Origin: Epiperipatus broadwayi
Lineage: Eukaryota > Animalia > Onychophora
Assembly: GCA_028023455.1 (NCBI GenBank)
Contig: JAQFVV010000001.1
Span: forward strand, 28,334,001-28,398,000
Length of the DNA stretch: 64,000 nt
Reading direction: 5' to 3'
The first letter of the stretch is position 1. Every line of letters begins with the position of its first letter. The notes beneath the pieces were generated by a model. That model worked only from the letters and a program-made list of their open reading frames with translations. It ran no database searches and was not told the origin of the DNA. Position numbers and translations under genes: made by a program. Below are positions 26,463 through 38,341 of the stretch, piece by piece.

Positions 26463-27499
26463 GTTATGTTTAACAATTTATTCAAAGTATAGAACTTAAT
26501 TTAGCTGTAACTTTTAGTTTAATTGTATCTCTTTCAAGTCAATTGGCTTCAACTTAAGCTGACAATTTTTTTTTGTTTTTTATATAAGTTTGTGTTTTGT
26601 TTTCTTATATACATGTTATCCATAATTATTTTTGTGATATTTAAATTTTTAATTGGATCATTTATCTGTCATATCTTGAATTCTATAAAACTGTTTACCC
26701 ATTCTTTTTTTTAATTTAGTAATGTTAAAGAGTTTACCAAAAAAATACATTTTAAAAATACTTACAAAAAATAATTTGTTTATCTTTTTTCAGATTAAAG
26801 TTGTTTACATATTATTTAAATAATTATACTTTGCAACAGTATTTATTTACTGCCATCTCATTTCACTTACTATGTTTAATAATAATGTTTATCCCAGGTG
26901 TAATGTATGTACACATATATCATGTATATTTTCAATTAAATGCATATCTGTGTAGGCATTGTTATATATATATGAACAAATATTTATATGTATGTGAGGA
27001 ACCTCTAATGCAAAACTGTTTAATAGCATTTTAATTAAATTATTATTTATAAATCTTTAATTTATTAAAATGAAAATGTATAAATTTATTCATTATTTAG
27101 CTTAAAACTCACATATAATTTCAATTCTAGAGGTGACTAGAATATATATATAACAATGTTTACACAACTTAAATCTGTTAAAAAACAGCATGTTTTTTGG
27201 AAAATATGCCACGCGCATCTGGTGTAATTTGTGTGGGGACTAAGAACTGATTTTAAAATAAGTCTAAAATAAATTTTAAGATAAAGCAAAATTATTCAAC
27301 CAGCACTATTTTTCTGTTCATTAAATTGTTCTTTTGTCTTTTCTAAAAGCTTAATGCTGAATTTTAAAATTAATAAAACTATGTTAAATTTCAAGATTAA
27401 AAACTTGAAATTGTAAACAAGTTAATAGATTTTGTGGGGATGATCGAAGAGTTAATGTAAAAAACAACTTTTAGCACTCTTTTAATAAATAAACCACTA

Positions 27500-27700
27500 A
27501 ATGGCAGGAGCTATGCCTATTTTGACAGTGGAAATGAGTTGCTAGAAGGTCACCAAATTTGCTAACTTCTTTCAGAAGACTGGTCTATTGGAATGGAGGA
27601 GTTCAAGACCATCACATCAGAGAACAGCCTTCCCAGAGAAGTAACTGTGCCACTACCTGCTGGATGGCTCAACTAGATGAAGATTGGTAACATTTCTTCC
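27500..27700 (+). mobile_element. RTE-clade LINE endonuclease fragment
   Basis: NGRSYAYFDSG...FKTITSENSLPREVTVPLPAG resembles the RTE APE segment (YTFFWSG...RLPL). Confidence 0.5.
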
Positions 27701-29989
27701 TACAGAGCTTCTTAAAATTAAATCTAAAATTAAATGTCTCTTAAAGTTTCACAAATTATAACCTCTGTTTCTCAATAAATTAAATTAACCTATACAATAT
27801 AAATTTAATTTAATCTTTAAATTAAAAATAACTATAATAATTTTGCCTACTTAATGAATAATTATGGCTTAATATTTTTTTAAACATAATATAACTGTAA
27901 CCAGTTATTATATCTATATTTTACTAATCTGCAGTCATGCCATTTCTCTTTTATATTATTTTGTTTCATTTTATTGATATTATGATATGCCATAATTCAA
28001 AATAGTGATTAATAATATTAGTAATGTAGAGAGATGATTAGAAGCTCTCATGTAATTGGTTTATGCTGCTTCTTTTTTTTAATATCTATTCTATATATGT
28101 ATATTTAGTTAGCCTATTATGTTTTAGCTTATTGTTAAGGTTTGCATGTTATTGTATATGTATAGTTAATAATCGCAAGAATGATATTATAAAAGTATAT
28201 TATTAATTAATAAGTTAAATCCCATATATGCTTTTTTCCTTCTTAGTTTATTATATAAACTATCCAGATTTAATGTTTAAGCTAGATTACTTTAACAAAA
28301 TCCTTCTTAGCATGTTTTCAGTGTGCTAACTAGCGAACTGTAATAAGGTAGTTTTGCAGAACAAGACTAAAGAATTTAGCGCACTAGTTATTCTAATATT
28401 AATAATATTTTGGTAAGTGTTAGGAATGTGTCTTTATAAAGCACACAAGTGCAATATGCCCTGCTATGTTTCTTTGTAAATGGGCTTCTGATGAAATGCC
28501 ATCTCATTATTATTAGTTTGGACTGCCTCTTTAGAACTGGAATATGAGGGTCCAGAGACAAATTTGTAAAGTTGTTTCAATCTCCCGAATTAAGATTCAT
28601 ATTATAATAGCAAGTCATATGTTCCAAGGGAACTGAATACTTGATACTGAATCCCATGACTATTTACACATTCGGACTGTTACCGCTTATTTAATTAATG
28701 TAGCCTTAGTATTAGAAGCTTAACTACAAATAGTTTGTCTCTCCATGTAATTATTCAATTCAGTGTTGATCTGAACACCAGATCTAGTTTATGTAATAAT
28801 CTGCATAAGGAGCACATTTATTGCTCATTGTTTATAAATTAATCAAAATAAATTATATTTTATCAGTTATCATTCTTGTAAGATTTAACTCCTATAGCAA
28901 ACCTAGGATAGATGACATATCATATTCAGGTATGATTATAAACTACAGATATTAATTGTAATAAACTTAAAGTTAAATGATTGAAGTGCATCATAAAGTT
29001 AAGCCTTTTGTAACCAACCCAGCTCATCATTGTAAGATACCTGCAAGTGTAAAATCCCAATGTATTTCTGTTTGTTTTTGTATTAATTAATTTATTTTTA
29101 CTAATAATTAAAGATATTAAATTTATAAAAATGTTTAGTGTGTTATTTGCAAACCATCCCAAATCTCATCCTCATTTTATTATTAATTATTAATATATGC
29201 ATTGTCTCAGCAGGCCGTAGGCGTGTGTGTTTATTTAGTTAATCGTTAATTTAGTAAATATTCCCCGAGTCTTATACTTCCGCCTCTCAAATTAAAGGAG
29301 ACTCAGTGTAACCTCATATATGCTATTCACAGGGTAGTAAATCATGGAGGGTTGGTGAAAGAACTGAGGTACAATCTGATTCGAGGTCTTAACCCCTCAT
29401 CTAGATCAGCTTTGGGATAATTTGCCAAAACTTTGAATTTTGTTGCGTGGATGTACAAATATGACCGTACAATATATATAATTTTATTTCATGATCTTGT
29501 GGAATCTTACCATTAATTTTTAACTATTTTTTAATCTATATGCGTAAACACACACATATGAGGTCTTATCACATTGTGTGTATATATATATATATATAGT
29601 GAAAGCACAATATATACTGTATCAATATATATACTATTTAAATGATACATTATTTCAAAAAAATAAAAATAAACAAAGAGTAAAATATTAACATTGTTAA
29701 ATTTAAAAAATTTTCTGATGCAGCAGCAGGTATTTTTTTCATCTCGAAATGCCATCCTGATCACCGTTATTAATAGTGTTTTTTTTTTTAGTTAAGTTAT
29801 AAGCACATTTTATATTACACTGATATGGTATAGGCATTAGCATAATGAAATGTATAAAGCTGTAAATTGTACTACATTTAATAATATTTTAAAGTATCTT
29901 TTCGTAAGCAATAAATTGTAAGTTATTGATTTAGTCGTAGCAAAATATATGAACTGTAAAATATTTCTACAATTAGTTAGAAAAGTTTA

Positions 29990-30620
29990 ACCAAGAATTT
30001 GATATAGATAATGATAAATAAAAGTGACTATAAATTCTGAGGCCAGTAAATATAACAAGCGTTAATAGATGAAAGCAAAAAAAAAAAAATAGTAGCAAAA
30101 ATAAATGCTAAAATACTAAAGAAATCTTCAATGACATTTTAACAAAGAAGAAAATGTAGATTGATGCTAATGAATCAAAATAAGACTGATGCACATTAGT
30201 TTATAGAATTAAATTTGGATGGAGCCCCTTTGTTAAAGATTTTATAATATACACTAATATCTGTAAGTGTTTAAATAGCCCAAATTTTTAATAATTGTTT
30301 TTTACCAATACTTATTTATAGATCTGAAATGTACTTATTTTATGGGAATTAACGAGAAAGAGCCAAAACAAAATAATTGGCAGGGATACAATGTACTTTC
30401 ACTGAAATCCTTGAAACAATTAGAAAGCTGAAATTAAACTAGGTTGGATTTTGCTAAAAAAAAAAAAAAGACTATTGCTGAATAACTTGATAACTAACTG
30501 ATTATAAGAATCCTAGAAAGAAATTAATATAAGATGGACAAATGAGATAAAAACATTTACTCTAATGATATGGCAAAAAGAATTTGGATAGGATAAATTA
30601 AATAAACTTTTATTCTGATT
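29990..30620 (+). mobile_element. RTE-clade LINE 3' relic
   Basis: EILETIRKLKLN*VGF resembles the xKWxWAGH motif, and RWTNEI resembles RWxDxI. Many stops are present. Confidence 0.5.
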
Positions 30621-31089
30621 TGGATTGATAATGGTTAGAAATGATCATGATCATAAAAATATCCAATACAATATTTCATTAATTCCAAATACAAAATAAT
30701 ATTTTGTTAAGTTAACTGATTTCCGAATTAAATAATTCATTTCTTGTAAAATAATTAAGTTATAGTCAATTATTTTATATTTCTCCATGAAATGGCATGT
30801 TACATATATGTATACATTTAATGTTTTCACAGTTATATGATGTAAATAAAGTAGTTTTTGGGTTAAACTGTGTGTTATTTTTGCTTTCCAATGATTTGAT
30901 GAAATAGCATCTGCCACTGTCAAAGTTAACTTTTTAAAGAAAAACCATCAGATTTCAAATAGTAACAAGATTGAGTGTGAGGTAAAGAATAAGAGTGAGC
31001 ATGAAGTAGTTGAGCATGCAAATTATGTGAATTATCAAAATGTTTATTTTCTTTTATTTCATCATTAATTGTTTTCAAGTTTATATTAG

Positions 31090-31260
31090 AAGAAAGAGAT
31101 AAAATAAGTAGACTCCATAAGGCTGGAATACATTGTGCTTTATCAGCTCTATTTAAACCATTTGGTCTTTTTAATATTTCAATCACCTCTGTCATAGTTC
31201 TCAATTCATACTTTTGCAAATTAACAAGTATTTTTGCAATATTAAAATCAGGTTTGTAAC
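31090..31260 (-). mobile_element. Penelope-like GIY-YIG C-terminal fragment
   Basis: LRTMTEVIEILKRPNGLNRADKAQCIPALWSLLI fits the PLE RxxxEAIEIxKxxxxxNRDxGxxLxxxW signature. Confidence 0.7.
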
Positions 31261-31337
31261 TAATTTTTTAAAAAGTTGATGTATTTAACTGAAGGCATTT
31301 TTATGTTCATTAATTCTGATATTGCATTGTCCTTTAG

Positions 31338-31384
31338 ACTGACCTTTTTGAGCACCATAAACATGGAATTTCATAAACCTTCTG
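31338..31384 (+). CDS. Candidate exon (LTFLSTINMEFHKPS)
   Basis: cattgtcctttag acceptor, gtattt donor, open in phase 2 to phase 1. Confidence 0.4.
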
Positions 31385-32496
31385 GTATTTCATAAGGACT
31401 CTTGTCTTTATGTTTATGGAAACAATCACCAATTTTTTTTGCTAGTGGAGGAAATAGTCATTATGTTAAAATTAGATAGTATTCTACTGATTTTATCACT
31501 GATTCCTTTAATAAAAGGTAAAATCACTTTATATCTAGTTGAATTATCAATTTATTCTCTTTCTTCTTTTTAATGTCATTGCTATGTAATGCCTTATATA
31601 TGAAGTTTTTATTGTAACCATTAGAAAATAGAATTTTTTTGTTATTGCTATTTCTGAGTAAGATTATCTTCATCTGACAAACTACATCAAAAGATATTTT
31701 GCTACAGAAAATATTTTCTTCTAATATAAACTTGAAACAATTAATAGTGAAACTGAAGAAAATAAACATTTTGTTAATTTATATATTTTGCATTCTCAAT
31801 TACTTTAAACTAAATCTCATTTTTTATCTCAGCAATCTTGTTACTATTTGAGATTTTTAAAGGTTTTTTTTTTGAAAAGTTAACCTTGACAATCAATGGT
31901 GGATGCTATTTTTACAAAACGTTGGGAAGTAATGAAAAATAATACATGATTTAACCCCAAAACTACTTTATTTATATATGTGTGTTAAGTGTAAAATTAA
32001 AAGTAATGTGAAGCTGTCTTGTCATTCATGATTAGCACTAACTCAAAATAATTTTGTATTAGGGTACATTGCAATAAGTCTCCCATATAAAAATTTTACT
32101 TGTATTTTATATATATATATATGTGTGTGTGTGTGTAATATTAATAATTATTTTATAGGCCAAGTTTACAGTAAAAGAAATAATAAAACAAAGAAAGGCA
32201 TAGAATAAAAAGTAAAAAAAAAAAAAAAATGGATTCAAAATTACTGTGAAAATAATAAAGGATGGAAATATGGTTGCACAAATGCACAGTTCCATTCTCT
32301 TAGCTATTACAAACTCATGACAGGATTGAGTTGAGTATTAATCTAAATAGCTAAAGATAGTAGGGTTAAAGAAAGTGAATATAATTTATAAAACATTTAT
32401 TAAAGATTACATTTAAGTAAAATATCAATATTATTGACAATATTCACATTCTATGTTATTTAATAATATTCAGATTTAATTTAAAAGATCAGTTTT

Positions 32497-32609
32497 TTTT
32501 TTTTTTTTCATATGTCATAGCATCTGCCGGGACGCGAACCCACACCCGTCTGCAACCAACTACTTGCTTGCATGGCGGCTGCGATACCTCTCGGCTAACA
32601 ACGCAAGAC
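32497..32609 (-). mobile_element. tRNA-derived SINE with poly(A) tail and 14 bp TSD
   Basis: A-box TAGCCGAGAGG, B-box GGTTCGCGTCCC, A tail, and TSD AAAAGATCAGTTTT at 32483-32496 and 32610-32623. Confidence 0.92.
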
Positions 32610-33020
32610 AAAAGATCAGTTTTAGTTGAATAAATCTTGTATATTATATTTTTTTCATATAAAACATATATTTGTTTATCAATTATCTCTCATAAATAGC
32701 CTTCACATTGCATGGCATTTTTAATTATAAAAAATAAAAACATAAAATTAATCGACCCACTCCTTTCGGGTATATGGCCGCAAACCGTTGTAATCAAATA
32801 TTCTAATGATTCCTAGTACCCGAATAAAAAGAAGAGAGCAGTTCAAATTTGGAGATTGTCAATGCTTATGCAAATGATATTTTAAATTTATTTGAACTTC
32901 ATTCAATTCAAAGCTTGTATCTGTGGTCAAAGGAAATATAATAATTTTATAATCTGTTAAAGAATGATTAATTAAAAGATAATTACTATCAATAGATGCT
33001 TGTTAAAATTTAACCATCTA

Positions 33021-33128
33021 GTCTTGCATTGGTGGTCGAGAGGTCAGCGCGACTGCATTGCACTTGCACGCAGTTGCCCGGGTTGCGGTTTCGCGTCCCG
33101 GCCGATGCTATGATACTTAAAAAAAATA
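33021..33128 (+). mobile_element. tRNA-derived SINE, same family, with 16 bp TSD
   Basis: GTCTTGCATTGGTGGTCGAGAGG...GGTTTCGCGTCCCGGCCGATGCTATGA plus A tail. TSD AAAATTTAACCATCTA at 33005-33020 and 33129-33144. Confidence 0.92.
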
Positions 33129-33365
33129 AAAATTTAACCATCTATAAAAATTAAAATTGTTTTTAAGATATGTGTGTCTTTACCCCATCCCAGCACTCTT
33201 AAAACAGTATCACTTAGCCCACTAATAATTGTCTCGAATTCTTTTATTTTTCATTACTAATTGGCTAAGGTTTTTAAGGGTAGGCTTATTGATTACAGCT
33301 CTGCTGAGAAGATTTTTAGATAAATTGTTTAGTGACTTTGTCGCAATGTACTTTTTTCACTATAG

Positions 33366-33459
33366 GATATCAAGAACTGAAAGTTTGTGCATTGAAGTTA
33401 ATCTGTCACTTCCAGTGTTCGAACATCACATGACCTCGGGAGCAGTTGACCATTCGATT
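33366..33459 (+). CDS. Candidate exon (GYQELKVCALK ending 33396, or ISRTESLCIEVNLSLPVFEHHMTSGAVDHSI ending 33459)
   Basis: Strong ttttttcactatag acceptor. Frame and donor are ambiguous. Confidence 0.4.
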
Positions 33460-34399
33460 GTATTTGACTATATATATTAGTGATATATATAAATAAATAA
33501 AACTGCTATTCAAATTAAAAGTTTGAATTTTTTTTTTAAAAAAAAGTTTGAATGATAGTTTGTATCTGTAAAAAAAAAAAAAAAAAAAGACATTGTTCAA
33601 GATGGTTTCAGGAAATAGCATTTTTAGATAGCTCTAAAAAATTAACAAAAAAGCACTTTAGGTAGTCTTTTGCAGAAAACGGTTTTTTATCTGCTTCCTT
33701 TTTCTTGGAAAATAACTAAATTTGCTATTTTAACTTTATTGTTTTAAGATGCTTGAATCTTGTTAATCATCATAATGGCGGAAATTTCTTCACTTTTAAA
33801 AAATATAATTTTTTTTTATATTATTCTTAATATACTATATGTATTGTGTTTAAAAATATTAAAGATAGTCAATGATTTTTATTATTGTTTAATACATTAA
33901 ATAAAACATACTCATTATATATATATTCACATATTTTTAATTTTTTTTTATTATTTGAGTGTATTTTATTTCATTTATTTTTTTTATTTCCATGAGATAG
34001 GTTTTTTTTTTTTGATATTGTAGTTAGTGCATTATTCTGCCTTAGGTTCTGCAGAGCTAGTTATTCTATTATTGGTTGTTAAATGGGTATCTATTTTTAA
34101 CCAGATAGTAAAAATTATAATAACTGTTGAAATGTTCTTTTTCTCTAGAGGGAATTCCGATTATAAAATATATCCAAATTGCGTATAAATTGTCAAATCC
34201 AATATTTCTTTAGGAACTGAAAAATAACTATAATACATTTTGTAAATTAATACACTGTACAGGCTTACAACTGCACATACAGATATATAGGTAATATATA
34301 AGGGATTCGAACCCAGACTTTCACACGACCTTCAACTCTCCAAGCCATCTCATATTGCTGACCCACCTGATCACACACATGTTGAAAAGATAAATGATC

Positions 34400-34443
34400 A
34401 CCAATATTCGAATTTCGTGCTAAACCATCACTCGTCAGTTGGT
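34400..34443 (-). ncRNA. Minimal type I hammerhead ribozyme, copy 1
   Basis: ACCAA CTGACGA GTGAT GGTTT AGCAC GAAA T TCGA A TA TTGGT. Core is intact, with one mismatch in stem II. Confidence 0.85.
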
Positions 34444-34880
34444 CCAGATTACCATCTCCACACATATATACAGTCAGAGCTCAGTTTTATATTAAGATAG
34501 CAAATCTTTATACTTTAATGGACAGGCTTCAAATTACTTCAACTTACAACTTTTTAGCCTTCCGTTTTATTGAAAATCTGATGATGGAATGTTCAAAGCC
34601 CTCATTAGTGCCAAGGTTGTCGTCCTACCCATGTTGACGTTAGTCATTCTAACTCCTCATGTACAAAAGAATAATCCATTTTACATACTATGCGAGGGAT
34701 GGGCAGACCTTTAACGCACTTTGTATCAATATGTACATTAATACACTACAGGCTTACACCTGCACATATAGATATATATGTAAGGGATTCGAACTCAGAC
34801 TTTCACACAACCTCAACTCTCCAAGCCATCTCATATTGCTGACTCACCTTATCACACACATGTTGAAAAGATAAATAATC

Positions 34881-34924
34881 ACCAATATCCGTATTTTGTG
34901 CTAAACCAGCACTCATCAGTTGGT
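34881..34924 (-). ncRNA. Minimal type I hammerhead ribozyme, copy 2 (G12A core mutation)
   Basis: ACCAA CTGATGA GTGCT GGTTT AGCAC AAAA T ACGG A TA TTGGT. GAAA has become AAAA, consistent with CpG decay. Confidence 0.75.
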
Positions 34925-35221
34925 GCAGATTACCATCTCCACACATATATACAAAGGTTTGCCCATCCCTCACATATGTATGTAAATGGATTATTCTCCT
35001 GTACATGAGGGGTCAGAATGACTAACGTCAACATGGGTAGGATGATAACCTTGGCACTAATGAGGGCTTTGAACATTCCATCACCAGATTTTCAATGAAA
35101 TGGAAGGCTGAAGAGTTGTGAGTTGAAATAGTTTGAAGCCTGTCCATTAAAGTATAAAGATTTGCTATCTTAATATAAAGCTGAGGACTGATTGTATATA
35201 TGTGTGGAGATGGTAATCTGG

Positions 35222-35265
35222 ACCAACTGATGAGTGCTGGTTTAGCACGAAATACGTATATAGGT
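35222..35265 (+). ncRNA. Minimal type I hammerhead ribozyme, copy 3
   Basis: ACCAA CTGATGA GTGCT GGTTT AGCAC GAAA T ACGT A TA TAGGT. Core and stem II are intact, with one mismatch in stem I. Confidence 0.88.
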
Positions 35266-36944
35266 GATTATTTATCTTTTCAACATGTGTGTGATCTGGT
35301 GGGTCAGCAATATGAGATGGCTTGGAGAGTTGAGGGTCATGTGAAAATCTGAGTTCGAATCCCTTATATATTATAATAATTTTGGTAATGATATGATTTA
35401 GCTTTCTACTGGTTGAAAGAGATATCATATTCTTTTGAGTGCTGGTTTTCTTTATTCATATATTCTTGGAACTAAAATGCATCATGAGACGGTTGTAGAA
35501 TTAAAGAAACATTTTAAAGTAATCATTTATTAGTAAATTATTTAGATCACAACTATAGATATTTTGATTCATTAGAGAGCAAACAATTGTCATCTCTATG
35601 GAAGAATTTTGAAGATTGTTTTTTTTTTCACTTATCCATTTCAAATACTTAGCTTAAATGTTACTACAAGAAATTAGATATATTTTCCTGGAGTAAAATT
35701 ATTAATACACTACTAAAAATTCAACAAATTTTTTAAATTTGAATAAAATTCTAAGAAAAAGGCTTCAAATTTGTATGATTGATAGCCTATATAATTGTAA
35801 CTTAAATTATATTTTTATTTATTTATGGAAGACCCCAAATAACATATATATATATATTATTTGTTTCTATGCCTTAAAATGCCAACAATGGTATCTGAAA
35901 TATGCTCCTAGTAATATTAAATACTAGTAAGAGATAATAAGAATCAATAAAAGTTTTTATGTAATAATGATGATTCATGGAGAATACTCTTGAAGTGTAC
36001 ATTTTAAATATAAATAATTCTACACTTATTATTTAGATAAAATTTCCATTGGGTTTCTTGGTTATATAGATTTTAAACTTCTTTTAGTAATTTCATCTTA
36101 GTTTTTCAGTGCCTGGTGAAAATTAGTTAGCAGCACATGTTTTAACTTTTTGTGCTCCATTGGTGCTGCGTGCGCTCTTTGAGAGTTCATCATTGATGTG
36201 TTATTTTCTTTCTTTACTGACGTAAAAAGTATAAGCATGACATCAATCAAAATATGGGCATCTAATAGCTCAATGTCTTGGCTTTCAAACAATGTTTACA
36301 TCAAAAAAATCTGTTGAAATTTGGATTTTTGGTGGTTTTATTCAACCACTATATTTAATTTTTTTTCTTTTTTGATAACTTTTGTAATTACCATGAAGCG
36401 ATAAAAGGAAAAAAAATAGTTTACCGAAAGCAAGTCAATATTTTCTCCGTGTTATTCACAAACAAGGCTTACAATAGAGCTTCAACGTTATACTCGGAAG
36501 TAAAAAATTTTAATTTTTTTTTAAATTTTTTGAAAAAATTATCTTTTTTATTAATTTTAGTTTGTAATTAATGTGTATTAATTTGTAGTTATATATTTAT
36601 TTATGCTCATATAGAATTCATATCTATCGTAATTTTCTAAATTTCTATCTACACTAATCCATTGATTTTTATAAAAAAAATAATGATTTTTAAAAAGTAT
36701 AATAATTTCTTATTTATAATTATGTTTATATAATATATTTGTGTTTACAAGTAATGAGTTATAAAAGTAATAATCATTTGTATACAAAGATTGTATACAC
36801 AAGCATATAATCAAATTCTGATTCTTCTTTATGTTTTTGTTTATTCTTGTTCATGCTTTGGTTTTGCTATATGTTTCATAACATTATTTTCAAGTCTTTA
36901 GCTAACAAATGGACTTTATGCAAATAAATTATATCTATGTGATG

Positions 36945-38261
36945 CAATAAATATAACAAAATAGCATCACTTCTGTGCATAAAGAATATAAACATCACTT
37001 GTGTGCATAAAGAATATAAACATCACTGGTGTCCATAATTCATATAAACATCACTGATATACACAAAAAAATATAAAATGAGCTGAAACTCATTTTATCA
37101 GTGATATAGACAGTAGCCTACAATTTCTAGTTTTAGATAGACAAGAAGCCAATTGCTATGATGATTTCTTTTGTATATTTTATTAGAATGAATCGTTTTC
37201 TTTATAGATGCCTTTGACATTTAGAACATTTGGGGTACAAGATAAAAATGAAGAAGTCATATCCGACTTCTTTTGGAGATTGTGAAGCAATGGATAATTT
37301 TGGGAGGAATACAAAAAAATTATCACTGAAGATGCAATTTGAATGTTAGTTAATGTTAATTTCCAAATTATGAACAAACAATAAAATAATAATTATTTCG
37401 GATATGAAAATTTCTTTTTTCCTTTATTTTTTATATAGTTATCACTATTTATTTTATGCTTATTGTTTTCCTTAATTTTTCTAGTTTCTAGCAATGTAAT
37501 TGTTTTTGCTCTAACATAATTAAAACTGACGTTATTGTGAAAATTGTGTCTCAGGCCAGTATTTAAAAAAAATCAATATGGCGGCTTAGTCCGAAGCAGT
37601 TAACGTTAACTTGTTGATTCTCCAGGCGCCATATTGAATTTTAAAAAAAACTGACCTGAGACACAATTTTCACAATAACTTCAGTTTTAATTATGTTAGA
37701 GCAAAAAAAATTACATTCATAGAAACTAGAAAAACTAAGGAAAACAATAAGTCCAAGACATATAGTGATAACCATTTAGAAAATAAGGGAAAAAAGAAAT
37801 TTTGACATCCAACATAATTATTACATCATTGTTTATTCATAATTTCTAATTTATCATTAACTAAGTTTAAATTAGATCTTCATTGATAACTTCTTTGTAT
37901 TTCTCACAAAATTATCTTTCAAACCATATATATTTCTTCTTATCTGAGATAATTTATAGCTTCAGAATTTCCAAAAGTATTCGCATAAAAATTCTTTATT
38001 TTTATTTTGTACCCCAAAAGTTGACAAATCTCAAAGGCTTCTGTAAGAAAAAGATTCATCCTACTAAAAGATACAAAACAAATAATTTCCAGAAGGTGGA
38101 TATGCATTTGTCATCATAGCAATTAGCTTCTTGTCTATTTAAAACTAGAAATTGTAGGGTACTGTCTGTATCACTGATAAAATGAGTTTCATCTCTTCAT
38201 TTTATATTTTTTGTGTACATTCTTTATGCACACCAGTGATGCTATCTTTTTATATTTATTG
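36945..38261. mobile_element. Foldback element: about 640 bp inverted arms around a 43 nt loop
   Basis: 36945-37583 is the reverse complement of 37627-38261. The left end carries about 28 bp subterminal repeats x4 (aacatcact...cataaagaatata). Confidence 0.9.
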
Positions 38262-38269
38262 TTTTATAG

Positions 38270-38341
38270 AGATATCTCATTTGCTAGCTGTAGACTTGAA
38301 AATAATATGATGCAAGATGTGGCAAAACTACTGACCCCACA
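38270..38341 (+). CDS. Candidate exon with RI-like LRR pattern (DISFASCRLENNMMQDVAKLLTP)
   Basis: ttattgttttatag acceptor and gtatga donor; an alternative GC donor follows QYEYQAI. Fits LxLxxCxLxxxxxxxLAxxL-type spacing. Confidence 0.5.

Larger units (their letters stand above)
34250..35370. mobile_element. Ribozyme-bearing repeat element in nested inverted arrangement (Penelope pLTR-like or retrozyme-like)
   Basis: Structure is A(34250-34472) B(34473-34712) A'(34740-34952) B-rc(34953-35195) A-rc(35193-35370). Each A unit has a hammerhead motif and tRNA-like boxes. Confidence 0.85.

Noticed and set aside
28485-28520. CTGATGA motifs at ~28488 and ~41670
   Set aside because: No downstream hairpin plus GAAA.
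29200-29480. CpG-rich block starting CAGGCCGTAGG as a hAT MITE
   Set aside because: No matching right TIR or 8 bp TSD was found.
36098-36292. 64 aa minus-strand ORF MFESQDIELL...
   Set aside because: No family could be recognised and no convincing splice sites; it may be a transposase relic.
36968-37060. About 28 bp repeats as a CRISPR-like array
   Set aside because: The units are contiguous with no unique spacers, the context is eukaryotic, and they are subterminal repeats of the foldback element.
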